Shown one piece after another: positions 43,518 to 56,705 of a stretch of 64,000 nt of DNA (its first letter is position 1; every line of letters starts with the position of its first letter). The notes beneath the pieces were generated by a model. That model was not told the DNA's origin and made no database searches. It saw nothing but the letters and a program-made list of their open reading frames with translations. Source of the DNA: Octopus vulgaris (lineage: Eukaryota); the NCBI GenBank assembly GCA_951406725.2, contig OX597817.1, positions 4,216,001 through 4,280,000 on the forward strand, read 5' to 3'. Made by a program: the position numbers and the translations under genes.

Positions 43518-43939
43518 TGTGTGTGTGTTTTAAGAAGTAGATCTTGATTACGAAGGTGGTGGTGTTGGTGGTGGTGATCGTAATTTAATGACGATTCGAA
43601 TACTGAACTTGATGCTTTTTTTATTATGCTGAAGACGGTGGTGTTATTGACTTGGGTGGAGGATATGTTGGTGATGGTATGGTAGTGGTGGTGGTGGTAA
43701 TGGTAACGATGATGGTGGTGGTGGTGGTTGTGGTAATGGCGGTAACGATCGTTGTCGTTGTGATGATGATAATGATGATGATGATGGTAACGATGATGAT
43801 GATGGTGGTGGTAGAGGTGGTAACGGTTGTGATGGTGCTTGTGGTATGGTCGTGGTGGTTATGGTGGTCGTGGTGATGATAAGGAGGAAGAGGGGGGAAG
43901 ACGACGATGATAATGCTAAAACCGATAAACTAAGCAAGT

Positions 43940-44570
43940 ATCGATCACTTAGGTGCAGTCAACTGAAGCAGTGAACTAAGCAACGAAACCAAAACAATAA
44001 ACTAGGTTAGTTTGCAGCACTTATCTTCTGCGAACTGGAACGGTGAACTCAACTGGTTTTGATCACTTAGGTGTGGTTAGCTAAAACAGCGAACTAGATT
44101 GGTCTTGATCACCTAAGTACACCTACGTACACAAAACAGGAACATTGGACTGAATTGAATTTTGCCACATAGATTCTGTGAAGTAAAACGGTGTGAAACT
44201 GGTTTTGACGCCCCCGGGTGTGCTGTAAGCTTTAGTAGTGAACTTACCCCGTTAATGTAATTTAAATTCAGTGAAATAAAACAGTGAACTAAACTAGTTT
44301 CAATCACTTAACTGCAGTGAACTAAAGCAGTGAACTGGGTTAGTTTTGAATCATTTTGGTGTCGTGTGCCTAAAGGGTGAAATACGCAGCTTTTAGTCAA
44401 TTAGGTACAGTAATTTAAAGCGGCAAATTAGGCTTGTTTCGTTACTTGGGTGCCGTGAATTTGAAGGGTGAATACGTTGTTTTCAGCCCATTGAGTACAG
44501 TAATTTAAACAATTGTGTAAGCTTATTTTATTGCTAAAGTAGTGAACTAAAACCATGATCCGATCATTAT
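43940..44570. repeat. Highly degenerate ~45-50 bp tandem repeat
   Basis: Recurrent GATCACTTAGGTG....AACTAAAGCAGTGAACT-like units. Confidence 0.6.
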
Positions 44571-44979
44571 TAAAAATACATACATACATACATACATGCA
44601 TGCATACGTACATACATACATACATATACATAAAGACATACACACACATATACATACATACACACACATACACACACACACACATATACCACAAATGAGA
44701 TCCAGAGATTCTCGGTATAGAAAACAGTAGCGATCAAAAGATTCAAACTTAGATGTCTTTACAAGAGATCAATTCCACAAGATAAAGAATAATCTAAAAG
44801 TTGAGTGGGTATAGAGGCAATTATGCGGACAAATAAATTAGATATATTAACTATATTAAATATATTTAATATAATAATTTGGGGTGTGGATATGAAATAC
44901 AAGATATGTGTGTGTGTATATATATATACATGCAAAATGAGAAAAAGCAAAAGGTGGAGAGTTAATTGCACCCCCTCTG

Positions 44980-45011
<32 letters not shown>

Positions 45012-45069
45012 CGTGCGTGTGTGTGCGTGTGTGTGTGTGCGTGGATGTGTGTGTGTGTGATTGTTTCTA

Positions 45070-45960
45070 TACTTAGATAGGCTTCGGCCACACTGGCCCA
45101 GGCCATAGCTAACTTAATACCACCACCTGGAAAAGACATTTAGTAATGTATTTTCGTATAGTTATTTCTAGGCACCATTGCCCATTCGATTAAAGAGCTG
45201 TTGCTTACAGCATTATATCCAGGTGGAGGTGGCTTATCTGGAATTTGTTGGAGTTATTCATCCAAGAACTTTTTAAATGTTATGAAATCTTTTTCCTCCT
45301 TTATGTGTTTTGGAGTGATGTTAAAATGTGTAGGTCCAGTTGATGAGAAGTAGTTCTGTCTTAGTGTTATGATGTGCTGAGATCAAGATTTCTGTAGAGG
45401 GCGCATGGCACGGAGGCCAAGCTTTGGGTGGATTTTAAAAGTGATACCTATATCATTTGGGCAATACTGTCGGAACAATTTCCACATCATACAAATAATA
45501 AAGCGGCCTCGGCGGCGCTGGAGAGAATACAGTTTGAGATGGGCGAGTCGATCCCAGTAATTAAGACCAGACATGCTATCATTTTTCTTGTTTTTGTTAT
45601 TAATCTCTGGGGCGTTTCAAGCTTTTTAATATTCTGGGTCGTGTAGAGAGACCATAGCGGACAACAGTAATCAAGGTGAGGGTCGGCGAAGGTAGAAAAA
45701 AGAAGGATAATGGTTCGAGCATCTTTAGACTTGGAAGTCCTGAGGATCCAGGAGCACGCCCAGCGGGCCATGTCGACTTTTTGTTTATGTTGAAACTCCA
45801 ACTTAAGTTATAGTCGACAGTTACATCGATGTGTGTTCGCCTGAAGGAAGAATATATGGTTGTTTAAGTACAGCCTCTTTACCAAAGTGAACTAACTCAA
45901 ACTTGTTCTCGTTCAGTTACATGTTATGTTTCTGCGCCCATTGGATAACAACAACTGTTG
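45070..45960 (-). pseudogene. CR1-group LINE 3' fragment (post-RT C-terminus and 3' end)
   Basis: WAQKHNM, WILRT, PHLDYCCPLWS, IKKLETPQRLITK, YWDRLAHLKLYSLQRRRGRF motifs with frameshifts. Confidence 0.82.
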
Positions 45961-46299
45961 AAATAAAAATGATATTGAATGAAATTGAAGGATTACTCAG
46001 TAGATTTGGTTCAGTAGAAACTAAATTTCTATAACAAGATTAGGATTGACAGTGATTTCGAAGTTTCGGCCATCGTGTCAAAATTTTCTAGGGTAACCTG
46101 GGTTCTGTTAAATGGTAATTTGGCTGTTGGGGTAACATAGTATGGAAAACTTTTATTGATTAAATTTCTGGAAGTGGTAATGGTTAGAATTTATTCGTAC
46201 ATGTATAGTTTTATAATTAGGTGTGTATGTGTAGGTGTGTCGTTTTCACTATCCCCTTAAAATGGAGCTCACAATAATAGCAGCTACAAGGAAAGGGCA

Positions 46300-47030
46300 G
46301 TATATATAAACAACACAACATCTACAATAAATAAAAAGCGGGAAAATAGAAAAAAGAAAATGATCTGGTTCAACCCTACTTCTCTTCAACATACAAGTCT
46401 CCACACCAAATGCCAAATTAATTTTTCAGTTTACTGCAAAAACACTTCCACCCTAATCACAAGTATCGCACACCAATTAGCAAATACAGCATAAAACTGT
46501 CATATTCAATAACTAACAATTTAGGAAAAAATGCAGCCAAAATCAGGCAAAAGTACTCTAAAGCCGAAAACCAAAACCATAGAAATAATAACAACAATTT
46601 CAGTTGTTGAACATCTTTATCCTGCCTTCTTGAAGAAAACTGTCTCTTAAGCAATATTGTCTATAATACAATAGTGACCACGAATACTACACCAACTACA
46701 ACTTCTACATATATAGGGTCTATATCAAACCAGTTAAATACACGATAGGAAAAACGCACAAACTTTTCACAGCTCAAACAAGATGAATAATACTTCTTTA
46801 TTCAAGCATATATGAGCATTAAAATATAAAAAGTCTTCAATTACAATAAATTGGAAAATTTTGTTAACGCACAACCTTATAAAGTATTAGCAAACTATGC
46901 CAATTTTGTATAAATGAATCCTATCACATTCTTATGTTCATATACCAAACTCTGAACCGAAACTCCGAATTAGTTACCTCGTGTAAGTACAAAATCATTT
47001 TGTAGGTTTTTCTATTGGCTAAATATGAAA
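46300..47030 (+). pseudogene. Penelope-like retroelement relic (linker and GIY-YIG endonuclease)
   Basis: RKKKMIWFNP, KHFHPNHKY, IKLSYS, CLLEENCLLSNIVY, YIG, SLFKHI*ALK, INWKIL, AQPY, LCQFCINESYHIL, LNRNSELVTSCKYK. Confidence 0.82.
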
Positions 47031-47712
47031 ATGCCCCCACCACCCTTCTCCTACCATAGCTGTCATCACCATCCACTACTTTCATCATAATCTTCTAAAA
47101 TAAGTCCACCCACCCACGAAAACGCAAGCATACATTTATGCTAGAAAGATAGAGGAATAACCTGGCTTGTAATTCTTGCACATTTCTTATGCAAAACTTT
47201 TACCCATTTTAATAAATACAAATAACCCAACGTATTATAAAACGTTCCCGTGCCTGATACCGAATATAAGAAATGTTTTTAAAAAGGAGCTTACAAACTT
47301 CACCCCGCTTACGCATATTTTAAATATAATACAAATAACAACAAAATATCTTCAAGGACGATGATCCACTAGAAATAAATATGCTGACCAACAACCTTTA
47401 AACCTATATACAAACTCTAGCGAACATTAGAACAGTTGTTTAGCAAATTCTCCAAATTAATAACACTGCGACATATTTAAGCGATAATCAGTACTCTCTA
47501 AATATAAACTGGAAACATCATAAATAACGCCAACGTGCCAAACAAATAGAACACAACATCCACCTAAATTCTTTTGCGAACCCTTAAATATAAATCCCCT
47601 AAAAGATAACATACCAAGAAAACATAATTACTAATGTTAAAATACTGGATTGAACACTGGGATTTAACCTTCACATACTCAAAACGAAAGATAACCATAT
47701 GTGTCTTTGAAT

Positions 47713-47896
47713 AGGCGCGGGCGTAGCTGTGGGGTAAGAAACTTGCTTCCCGACCACATAGTTCTGGTTTCAGTCTCACTGCATGACACCTTGGGCAGGT
47801 GGCTTCTACTAAGCCCCGGACCGACTAAAGTCCTGTGAGTGAATTTGGTAGACGGAAACAGAAAGAAGTTCGTTGAATATATGCATATATATATGT

Positions 47897-47928
<32 letters not shown>

Positions 47929-48160
47929 CTGTGTGTGCGTGCGTGTGTGCGTGCGTGTGTGTGGGTTTGTGTGTTTGTGCCTGTGTTTGTCTCTACCACC
48001 ACCTGGCAATCAGTGTTGGTGTGTTTACATCTCCGTAACTTAGCGGTTCGGCAAAAGTATCTTATAGAATAATTGCCAGGCTTAAAAAAACAAGTTTTGG
48101 GGTCAATTCATTCTCGGCAGTGCCCCCAGCATGGCCGCAATCTACTCACTGTAACAAAAA
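47713..48160 (+). mobile_element. SINE family B copy
   Basis: Head, CCTTGGGCAGGT, internal microsatellite and tail. Confidence 0.83.
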
Positions 48161-48931
48161 CACAAATGATACTTTTAATACCTAAATAAAACCAAACCCG
48201 ACCAAACTTTGTGACAGTTCTGCTAACAAACTTGCTCTATTAGCACTTCCCCACATTTAATCAATAAAAAGTCTCTGTATCACCACAAACTGCATAATTA
48301 TAATTCAACGGAACTCAGCTTGCTCCGCAAAACATTTCAACTTAATAGAGACTATATTAAGCTAAGATGAACTTCGATTTATAGGGCTTAGCTGATCCAA
48401 ACTTCGAAGTCAAAGTCAATACTATTCTTGTTAATAATAAATATATATTACATGCATACATACATACATACATACACGCATACATACATACATACATACA
48501 TACATACATACATACATACATACATACACACACACATACATACATACATATATACACTACTGTCAGAAATTAATTAGCACCCTTGATTTGCTCTTCACTC
48601 AAGGTATTTGCTGTCACCTAGTGGCCATTTCTCGAACTATTGCTTTGTTGCGAGTTCACTGTTGCGCAGAACGATGACGTAACTTTGTTTGCAGAGCGGT
48701 TTGAGAGTCTACAGCCTAATGATGTTGACATAGCAGTGCAACAACAACTAGGAGTGCGGATGCAGACAAATCTTCCTTTGTTTAATAGATATAGGTAGCG
48801 CCTCGCAAGGACCGAAATCACACCGCACTAAGTTTTCTCATCGCGTAAGATGTTTTGAACAGCGCGTAGGTTAATTGATTTGTGTATTTGCAAGATTTTT
48901 TTTCCTCACAAATTCTCTTACACCCTGCTTG

Positions 48932-48947
48932 GTGACGTCACTTCCGG
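48932..48947 (-). promoter_or_regulatory. Composite ETS-CRE motif CCGGAAGTGACGTCAC upstream of the transposase
   Basis: Exact overlapping ETS (CCGGAAGT) and CRE (TGACGTCA) sites about 160 bp before the ATG at 49107; function is inferred. Confidence 0.4.
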
Positions 48948-49106
48948 TTCACAAAACTTTCTGTTATACATCAAATAAGGTGAGAAATTCTGTTTTCTTT
49001 CTATTTTGTTTCATGAATAATAACTCATAGCAGTTTTGTTATAGCATAACATTATTCAAATGAATAGTTTTAATGAAAATAACTGGTTTTTATCGTTCAT
49101 TCCTAG

Positions 49107-50075
49107 ATGGGCCCAAGACCTCGCATGACCTTGGAGAGACGGTACGAGGCTCTCTCGTGGCGTGGGAAGCTGTCGGAGGCTGCAATAGCCAGAAAACTTG
49201 GTGTAGCCAGGCGCACAATTCAGTGCTTATTTAAGAAATACGAGGAAACCGGATCAGCAGCTGACAAAAAGGGTAGGGGACGGAAGAGGCTGACGATCCA
49301 GCGGGAGGACCGAAGGGCAACGAGCCGGCAACTGGCGGAGGAGATGCAAAAGATGACAGGGAAGCAGTTGTCTACAACCACCGTCAAGACCAGATTACTG
49401 GAAGCTGGTCTAAAATCCTGTAGGGCCGCCCGTAAGCCGCTCCTTACAGCCCAAAACCGGAAGAGGCGGCTGCTCTGGGCCCGTGCCCACAAGATATGGA
49501 CCGTGCAGCAGTGGCGGACAGTGATGTTCACTGACGAGTCGCGATTCAGTCTCGTCAGTGACAAGCCTGTCCATGTGTGACGCCGCAGGGGTGAGCGCTT
49601 CAACAAAGACTGCATTGCTCCCACCATGAAGCATGGTGGGGGTGGTCTGATGGTGTGAGGGGCATTCAGCTACAGTGGTGTTGGGCGGCTCTATGCCGTC
49701 GAAGGCAACATCAACGCAGCAAAGTACGTTGAGATAGTACGGGATACCTCTTTGGTGGCGAGGAGTACGTGCTCCAGCAGGACAACGCGCCTTCCCACAC
49801 AGTCAAGCTCACAACCGGTTTCTTCAAGGACCATGGGGTGACGGTCATGGACTGGCCTGGCCAGTCACCTGACCTGAACCCTATTGAGAACCTCTGGAGT
49901 CGATTGGGTAGGGATTTGAATGTGCAGCAATACAAGGAACCGACACGAGCTGTTTGGGGCACTTCTTGCTGCATGGAGGGCCATCCCTGCACAATACCTG
50001 CAGGCACTCATAGACAGCATGCCGACCCGCGTAGCAGCTGTCATTGCTGCCAAAGGAGGAGCAACAAGATATTGA
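49107..50075 (+). pseudogene. Tc1 DD34E transposase pseudogene
   Basis: N-terminal HTH, GRGRKR, ARKPLL, FTDESRF, QQDNAPSH-34 aa-SPDLNPIENLW, C-terminal SMPTRVAAVIAAKGGATRY*. In-frame TGA at 49578 and 49656, frameshifts near 49745 and 49940. Confidence 0.93.
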
Positions 50076-50231
50076 CTAAATTTCACGATTAATAACAATT
50101 ATGTGGTGTGCTGGGATATGTTTTAATAAATTTTTGATTAAAAACGAGTTTGTTTCTGATAATAAGTTAATTAAATTAAGAAAATGTAAGAAAATGTAGA
50201 AATTTGAGAAGTGCAAATTAATTTCCGACGC

Positions 50232-50268
<37 letters not shown>

Positions 50269-51485
50269 CACATAGCGGATTACCCTTCGCTTGGTCTATT
50301 ACTACGTCCGAAACATATGATACGTATGTAGCCTGGATTTTATCTACTCTATTCCCTAATTTTGGATTTTTATTCGCGTACACAACAACCTCAACTGCTA
50401 ACTGTAAGCGTAAGCTACAAAACAATATTTTCAGTTTATCAAACTTCGATATGGGAAAAATTTGCATCCTACCACTATCGTTTCTAAAAGTTTTTTTTTT
50501 TACACCTTCTGTGGACTGATAGACGCTTACTATCTTCCCACACTTTTATCCTTGGATCATACCTTTGCACACTCACACACACACACACACGCACACACAC
50601 ACACACACATACATACATATATACACACACATGTTTATAAGAAATCCTTATTTTTAATTTTTATTTCTTCCCTAAGGAGGAAAGTACAGTGTCTGTGACA
50701 TTCGTAGTCCCTTCGAGAACAGTGACGTTGACGTTCTCCATAAACACCCGTAAGGAAAGAAAAAAATATTCTAGATGTAGGATTGTCTGCGTACAAAGAA
50801 CAGAACATAATGTTTAGTGCAGACTGTGATGCTGAATTGATTCAACACATATCAATGGGAGCACCAGAACGAGTAAGTCTATTGTTCCTGAGCAGAGGTG
50901 ACGCAAGGCTAGTAAATTCCGCAACATTATTCAGTAATCCCCGTTTCGCATATTGAGCAGTAAAGGTAGGGATGAACCGAATGTAAACAATGTCTCTGGT
51001 TTCCCCCTTGTATTTCTCTTCCACCAACATTGAGTCACCAGCATGTAGAAAGTGTGTCACCCCGTCCTTGAACTTGGAGACCAGGCTCACGCTTTCATAT
51101 TATCACCCGCACATCAGCTTGGGAATCTTACAACTGTTCTTTTTCGGGTATATATAAGTAAGTAAAAGTCCCTCCATTTTTGACAATCCAAATATATATT
51201 ACTCAGCCCCGCTTAATGTGCGCTGCCTTTACCTCCTGACACCCTCCGGAATGGATCCGACAAACTGGAAATGAGATGAATCCGACACTATGACAATGCT
51301 GTCGTCATCTCATGCTGGCGCAGCTCTCATGTTCCAGTTCATGCCAAGTATTTCCAATGCTTTCAACCTCCACCATAAAAACCCCTCTGCAGAAACTTAC
51401 AGAAAATATTAGGGGGCGGGCTTCCATGGCAGTCCGAGTCACGTTGTAATATATAGTCTAACCACTGAAGATACGCCACTATATA

Positions 51486-51702
51486 CAAGGGGATGCCGAA
51501 AGGTTCCTGGCTTTGGGTAAAAGAAAATACAGAAGGATCAGTTAATTATGATTTTAGTCAACATATTCCTCTCTCAAATTCATATACTTATTGTAGCGGT
51601 CCTTCAGTTTTTATACGCCCTGTAAACGAACTCGGAATTTTGGGCCTCCAGCTTGGCCTTTCGCGATACACTTAAAGCCAGGAACTTTTTAACATTCCTT
51701 AG
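51486..51702 (-). mobile_element. Mariner-derived MITE, second copy
   Basis: Reverse-complement homolog of 15370-15587 with TIRs and TA flanks. Confidence 0.8.
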
Positions 51703-52249
51703 TATTGTAATATTTTAGGTAGCTACCAGGCCAGGTTGTAATAACTGTACGCTTTAGACCGGTCTAAATTGACCAAGCACTACCAAAGTCATATTTGGTA
51801 TCGACCCTCTATACGATGAACCTACAACCGCTAAATCAAGCATGAAAGTTCTTGATGCTTGTTCACTGCCTTTAATGAAAAACTGTATGCAAGCTACTTG
51901 GAACTGGGTAGCCCATGTCACGTGCAGTTCATCGAAGAACGAATGGTAGCTTCATTTTTTTTTTGCTGTAAATACGCTGTTGGCGATGCTTTTTCTGTCC
52001 TCTTTTACTCAGTTGACTAGCATTTCCTCAAATCTTCTATTCAAGATTGCTGTGTCTTTACCGAAACTAGCATAGACTGTTCTGAATTTTCTTTCTAGTG
52101 AGACCAACCACGTGTTATTAATAATTACATGTGTCAATTTCTGCTTAACTGATTTGCTTAACTGGTTCTTAAACATTTCTGTGTCAGGAAATATGGCATT
52201 TACTTTCCAGGCTTCTGCTCCTTACTAATAACTATTGTTTTAAGTTGGC

Positions 52250-53110
52250 TGCACAGATCACTAACTTATGGACTCCGTAATCAATAACTCATTCAGATAG
52301 GTAGCTCTAATGACAACTTTAACTATAACGTAAATGACTCTCCACATTGGTGTATTCAGATCACCTGGATACTATCAAACAGGCATCCGTAATTACCTGA
52401 CCTGTTTTGCAAGACTTATACACTCTTTTTATAGCTACTTCTCCCACAGAGCACCTCCACACATTTAAGACGCTATTTCAGTTATCCAATACCACTAATA
52501 TGTGCGAGAAGTTTCTAGGGAAGCTACTAGGTGGCTGAAGAAACGAGGTATTCCATCTATGGGGTATCGACGGTTGCCGGTCTGAAAAAGGTAGTATAGC
52601 AATTACTACTCACGTTCCGGATAAACTGTCCAACCACTAGGATCTAAAAGGGTTGGGTTTATCTTGAGATCTCTCTTTCCACATAGAGCAGTTTCATAGA
52701 ACTCAATCCGAAAACAGCCGAAAGTGACATATAATATGATAGGTGAACAGAAGTAAAGAGGGTAAATTCGTTTCAGAAATCCTGGAGTAACTGATGGCTA
52801 CCAGATCTAAGCTTTTGCTACGTAACATCGTTCAGGTGACATCTCTGCTCCTGCTTCTACGCTGAGCCCAGACCACGAACATAGATAGATACGTCACAAT
52901 CTTAATTGTAAAATGTTGGTTTGCCAAAGAGTGAGAAAAGGCTACATATATTGTTTTAACTGCTAGTAATCTGGGATTTCAGGGCTGTTTGACCTGGAAA
53001 TCCCAATGTATCTCTAAAGCATCTTTACTATGGAGTACTTTATAAATTTCCTGCATAGAATGGAAACCTCTAAAGGAGTTCTATTTAGACCCCTGATGTC
53101 GTCCTACGTT
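52250..53110 (+). pseudogene. Possible very old LINE relic
   Basis: Only weak GDFN-like (NDNFN) and PDLF-like traces; no continuous frame. Confidence 0.2.
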
Positions 53111-54533
53111 TGTCTAATGGAGGAGTACCTGTCCTATGTCTTATGACATTGTTTTAGTGAGAGAACTTCATTAATTTACTGTTTCCTTTTCGGGCAACGG
53201 TGAAATAGTGAAAGGTTAATTGTTGCTTTTGCTGTTTTTTGTTTTTATTGTTGTGTCTTGTTTTGTTCTCTGCTGCTGTGGCAGTTGTAGCCGTTTCTGA
53301 GTCTGCCTCATTACCACTGTTGCTATAGATATTGTTCTTGTTCTGGTTTTCGCTACTGCTTCTTTTACAGCTGCTGCTAGTGTTGTGGCTGTTATAGCCA
53401 CCTTGTTTATTTTTAAATGAATTTCATTAACTCTCTATTCTCCTTCTGAGCAGCATTGAAATTGTAAAGAATTGTTTGATATTGTTGCAATACTATCTTC
53501 TGTTCTTTTGTTGTCTTTTTTTTTTTTGTTGTTTTTCTCATCTGCTTTTCTTGTGGTCGTTAGAGTAGACTTGTAATAGTTGTTGTAATTGTAGCGGCCC
53601 TTGCTCTTATTTTAATTGTTACTCCCATTGGTGCTGCTGTTGATACTGATGTTGCTGTTATTGTTTTGTTTTTTTGCCAATGCTGTTGCTACAGTTGTTA
53701 TTGTTGTTCTTAGCTAGTTAACTAACTTCTTCACTTCTTCATGTTCCTTTGGTTAATTTGTGAGACTCAGGGTTGCCAAGTTCTTGGACATCGTGAGCTG
53801 GTTTTCACCGTCTCATATCACACTAATTTAGCCGACCTTTATTTTCTACTTTTTCTCTGCTTCGATGTAATCGACCGACCGCTCACCAGAAATTACTTGC
53901 CTAGTGCCAAAATTTGAAACATTATCATTTGTTTGAGTTAAGGATATGACCCGATAGACATGTTATGGCACTAGAAGAAATGCTTAGTGGCACTTCTTCT
54001 CACTTTACGCTCAGTATTCTAATGGCACCGAGGTCAACTTTGCATTTCGTTTCGGGGTGGATAAAACAAGTACGAATTGAGTACTGGAATCGAAGTAATC
54101 GACTAAACCCCTGCCAACAAAATTTCAGGCATTGTGCATATAGTAGAAAGACTATTTTGGTTGGGTTTGTATACGAGGGTATTTTACCGTGTCTTCCTTC
54201 TTGGGTGGCATTTTTGTTGTGACTGCTGTAGTTCCTCGATTTTTCATACAGTTATTGCCGTTGTTGTTGTTGCAGTGTATTTAGTCGTATCTGTGGATGT
54301 GGTGTAGGTAGCTGTAAGGGACGTCACTAAGCACACACACTCTCCCTCGATGCAGAGATCAATAAATCAATCGAGCTTAGCATTTCCTCTTCCTGTTTTG
54401 ACCATTATCTCCATTTGTTTACACTCTTCACTGCAGAATCCTTTGGGAATATCACTGTGATCTTCAGGTGTAACAAGCATTTAGAACGTGCCCATCGAGT
54501 TTTGCTGGGTTATGACATTCTCCGAACAATTAA

Positions 54534-54855
54534 GGCGGTGAGCTGGCAGAAACGTTAGCACGCCGGGCGAAATGCGTAGCCGTATTTTGTCTGCCGTTAT
54601 GTTCTGAGTTCAAATTCCACTGAAGTCGACTTTGTCTGTCCTTGTTTGTCCCATCTGTGTTTAGCCCCTTGTGGGCAATAAAGAAATAGGCATTTCATCT
54701 GCCTTTACGTTCTGAGTTCAAATTCCGCCGAGGTCGTGTTTGCCTTTCATCCTTTCGGGGTCGATAAATTAAGTAGCAGTTAAGTACTAGGGTCGATCTG
54801 ATCGACTGGCCCCCTCACCAAAAATTTCGGACCTTGTGCTTAGAGTAGAAAAAGA
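54534..54855 (+). mobile_element. SINE family A, dimeric copy
   Basis: Head GGCGGTGAGCTGGCAGAAACG, linker, second GAGTTCAAATTCC with core and tail. Confidence 0.85.
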
Positions 54856-55021
54856 TATTCTCAGAACAATCACATCAATCTTGTTTGATCTGCGTAAGGT
54901 GACAGAACTGTTGCAACCCACACACGGGTACACAGCAGTATCACTATGAATACTTTTAAGATGCTGTTGTAATAATTTTAAGTCTTTCCTCCACACTTTG
55001 TCACATGGCTACATTTGTATC

Positions 55022-56401
55022 GTGTTGTCCACCTATCACATTTTTCCCACCACAATCTATATCACTTCCGTGTTGTCCACCTATCACATTTTCCCACCAC
55101 AATCTGTATCACTTCCGTGTTGTCCACCTATCACATTTTCCCCACCACAATCTGTATCACTTCCGTGTTGTCCACCTATCACATTTTCCCCACCACAATC
55201 TATATCACTTCCGTGTTGTCCACCTATCACATTTTCACACCACAATCTATATCACTTCCGTGTTGTCCACCTATCACATTTTCCCACCACAATCTATATC
55301 ACTTCCGTGTTGTCCACCTATCACATTTCCCCCACCACAATCTGTATCACTTCCGTGTTGTCCACCTATCACATTTTCCCACCACAATCTATATCACTTC
55401 CGTGTTGTCCACCTATCACATTTTCCCCACCACAATCTGTATAACTTCCGTGTTGTCAACCTATCACATTTTCCCCACCACAATCTGTATCACTTCCGTG
55501 TTGTCCACCTATCACATTTTTCCCACCACAATCTGTATCACTTCCGTGTTGTCCACCTATCACATTTTTCCCACCACAATCTGTATCACTTCCGTGTTGT
55601 CCACCTATCACATTTTCCCACCACAATCTGTATAACTTCCGTGCTGTCCACCTATCACATTTTCCCACCACAATCTGTATCACTTCCGTGTTGTCCACCT
55701 ATCACATTTTTCCCACCACAATCTGTATAACTTCCGTGTTGTCCACCTATCACATTTTCCCCACCACAATCTGTATCACTTCCGTGTTGTCCACCTATCA
55801 CATTTTTCCCACCACAATCTGTATCACTTCCGTGTTGTCCACCTATCACATTTTTCCCACCACAATCTATATCACTTCCGTGTTGTCCACCTATCACATT
55901 TTCCCACCACAATCTGTATCACTTCCGTGTTGTCCACCTATCACATTTTCCCACCACAATCTGTATAACTTCCGTGTTGACCACCTATCACATTTTCCCC
56001 ACCACAATCTTTATCACTTCCGTGTTGTCCACCTATCACATTTTCCCCACCACAATCTGTATCACTTCCGTGTTGTCCACCTATCACATTTTCCCACCAC
56101 AATCTATATCACTTCCGTGTTGTCCACCTTTCACATTTTCCCACCACAATCTGTATAACTTCCGTGTTGACCACCTATCACATTTTCCCCAACACAATCT
56201 GTATCACTTCCGTGTTGTCCACCTATCACATTTTTCCCACCACAATCTGTATCACTTCCGTGTTGTCCACCTATCACATTTTCCCACCACAATCAGTATA
56301 ACTTCCGTGTTGTCCACCTATCACATTTTCGCACCACAATCTGTATCACTTCCGTGTTGTCCACCTATCACATTTTTCCCACCACAATCTATATCACTTC
56401 C
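55022..56401. repeat. Homogeneous 47-48 bp minisatellite (about 29 copies)
   Basis: Unit GTGTTGTCCACCTATCACATTTT(T/C)CCCACCACAATCT(G/A)TAT(C/A)ACTTCC, head-to-tail with no unique spacers. Confidence 0.95.
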
Positions 56402-56484
56402 AGTTAGAGCTGGTGTGGTATATTCCAGTCTCCTATTTTTCAACATATACGCATTTGTACAAAGCCCTTACCTCTGATGGTACC

Positions 56485-56705
56485 TATTTCTTTACTACCC
56501 ACAGAGAGGACGAACACGGACAGACAAACGGATTAAGTCGAGTATATCGACCCCAGTGCGTAACTGTACTTATTTAATCGACCCCGAAAGTATGAAAGGC
56601 AAAGTCGACCTCGGCGGAATTTGAACTCAGAACGTAACGGCAGACGAAATACCTCTAAGCATTTCGCCCGGCATGCTAACGTCTCTGCCAGCTCGCCGCC
56701 TAACT
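56485..56705 (-). mobile_element. SINE family A copy with 12-bp TSD
   Basis: Head GGCGGCGAGCTGGCAG on the minus strand; TSD TCTGATGGTACC at 56473-56484 and 56706-56717. Confidence 0.88.

Larger units (their letters stand above)
48555..50236 (+). mobile_element. Full-length Tc1-family DNA transposon
   Basis: 26-bp imperfect TIRs (48555-48580 and 50211-50236, 20/26 matching), TA on both flanks, internal transposase. Confidence 0.9.

Noticed and set aside
50842-51200. Host exon in the 82-aa minus-strand ORF
   Set aside because: No recognisable domain or clear splice signals, and upstream stops; more likely decayed TE sequence.
55022-56401. CRISPR-like array or repeat-protein ORFs (STYHIFPTTICITSVL)n
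   Set aside because: Units are head-to-tail with no unique spacers, no cas genes are present, and 47/48-bp length variation shifts frame repeatedly. It is a minisatellite.
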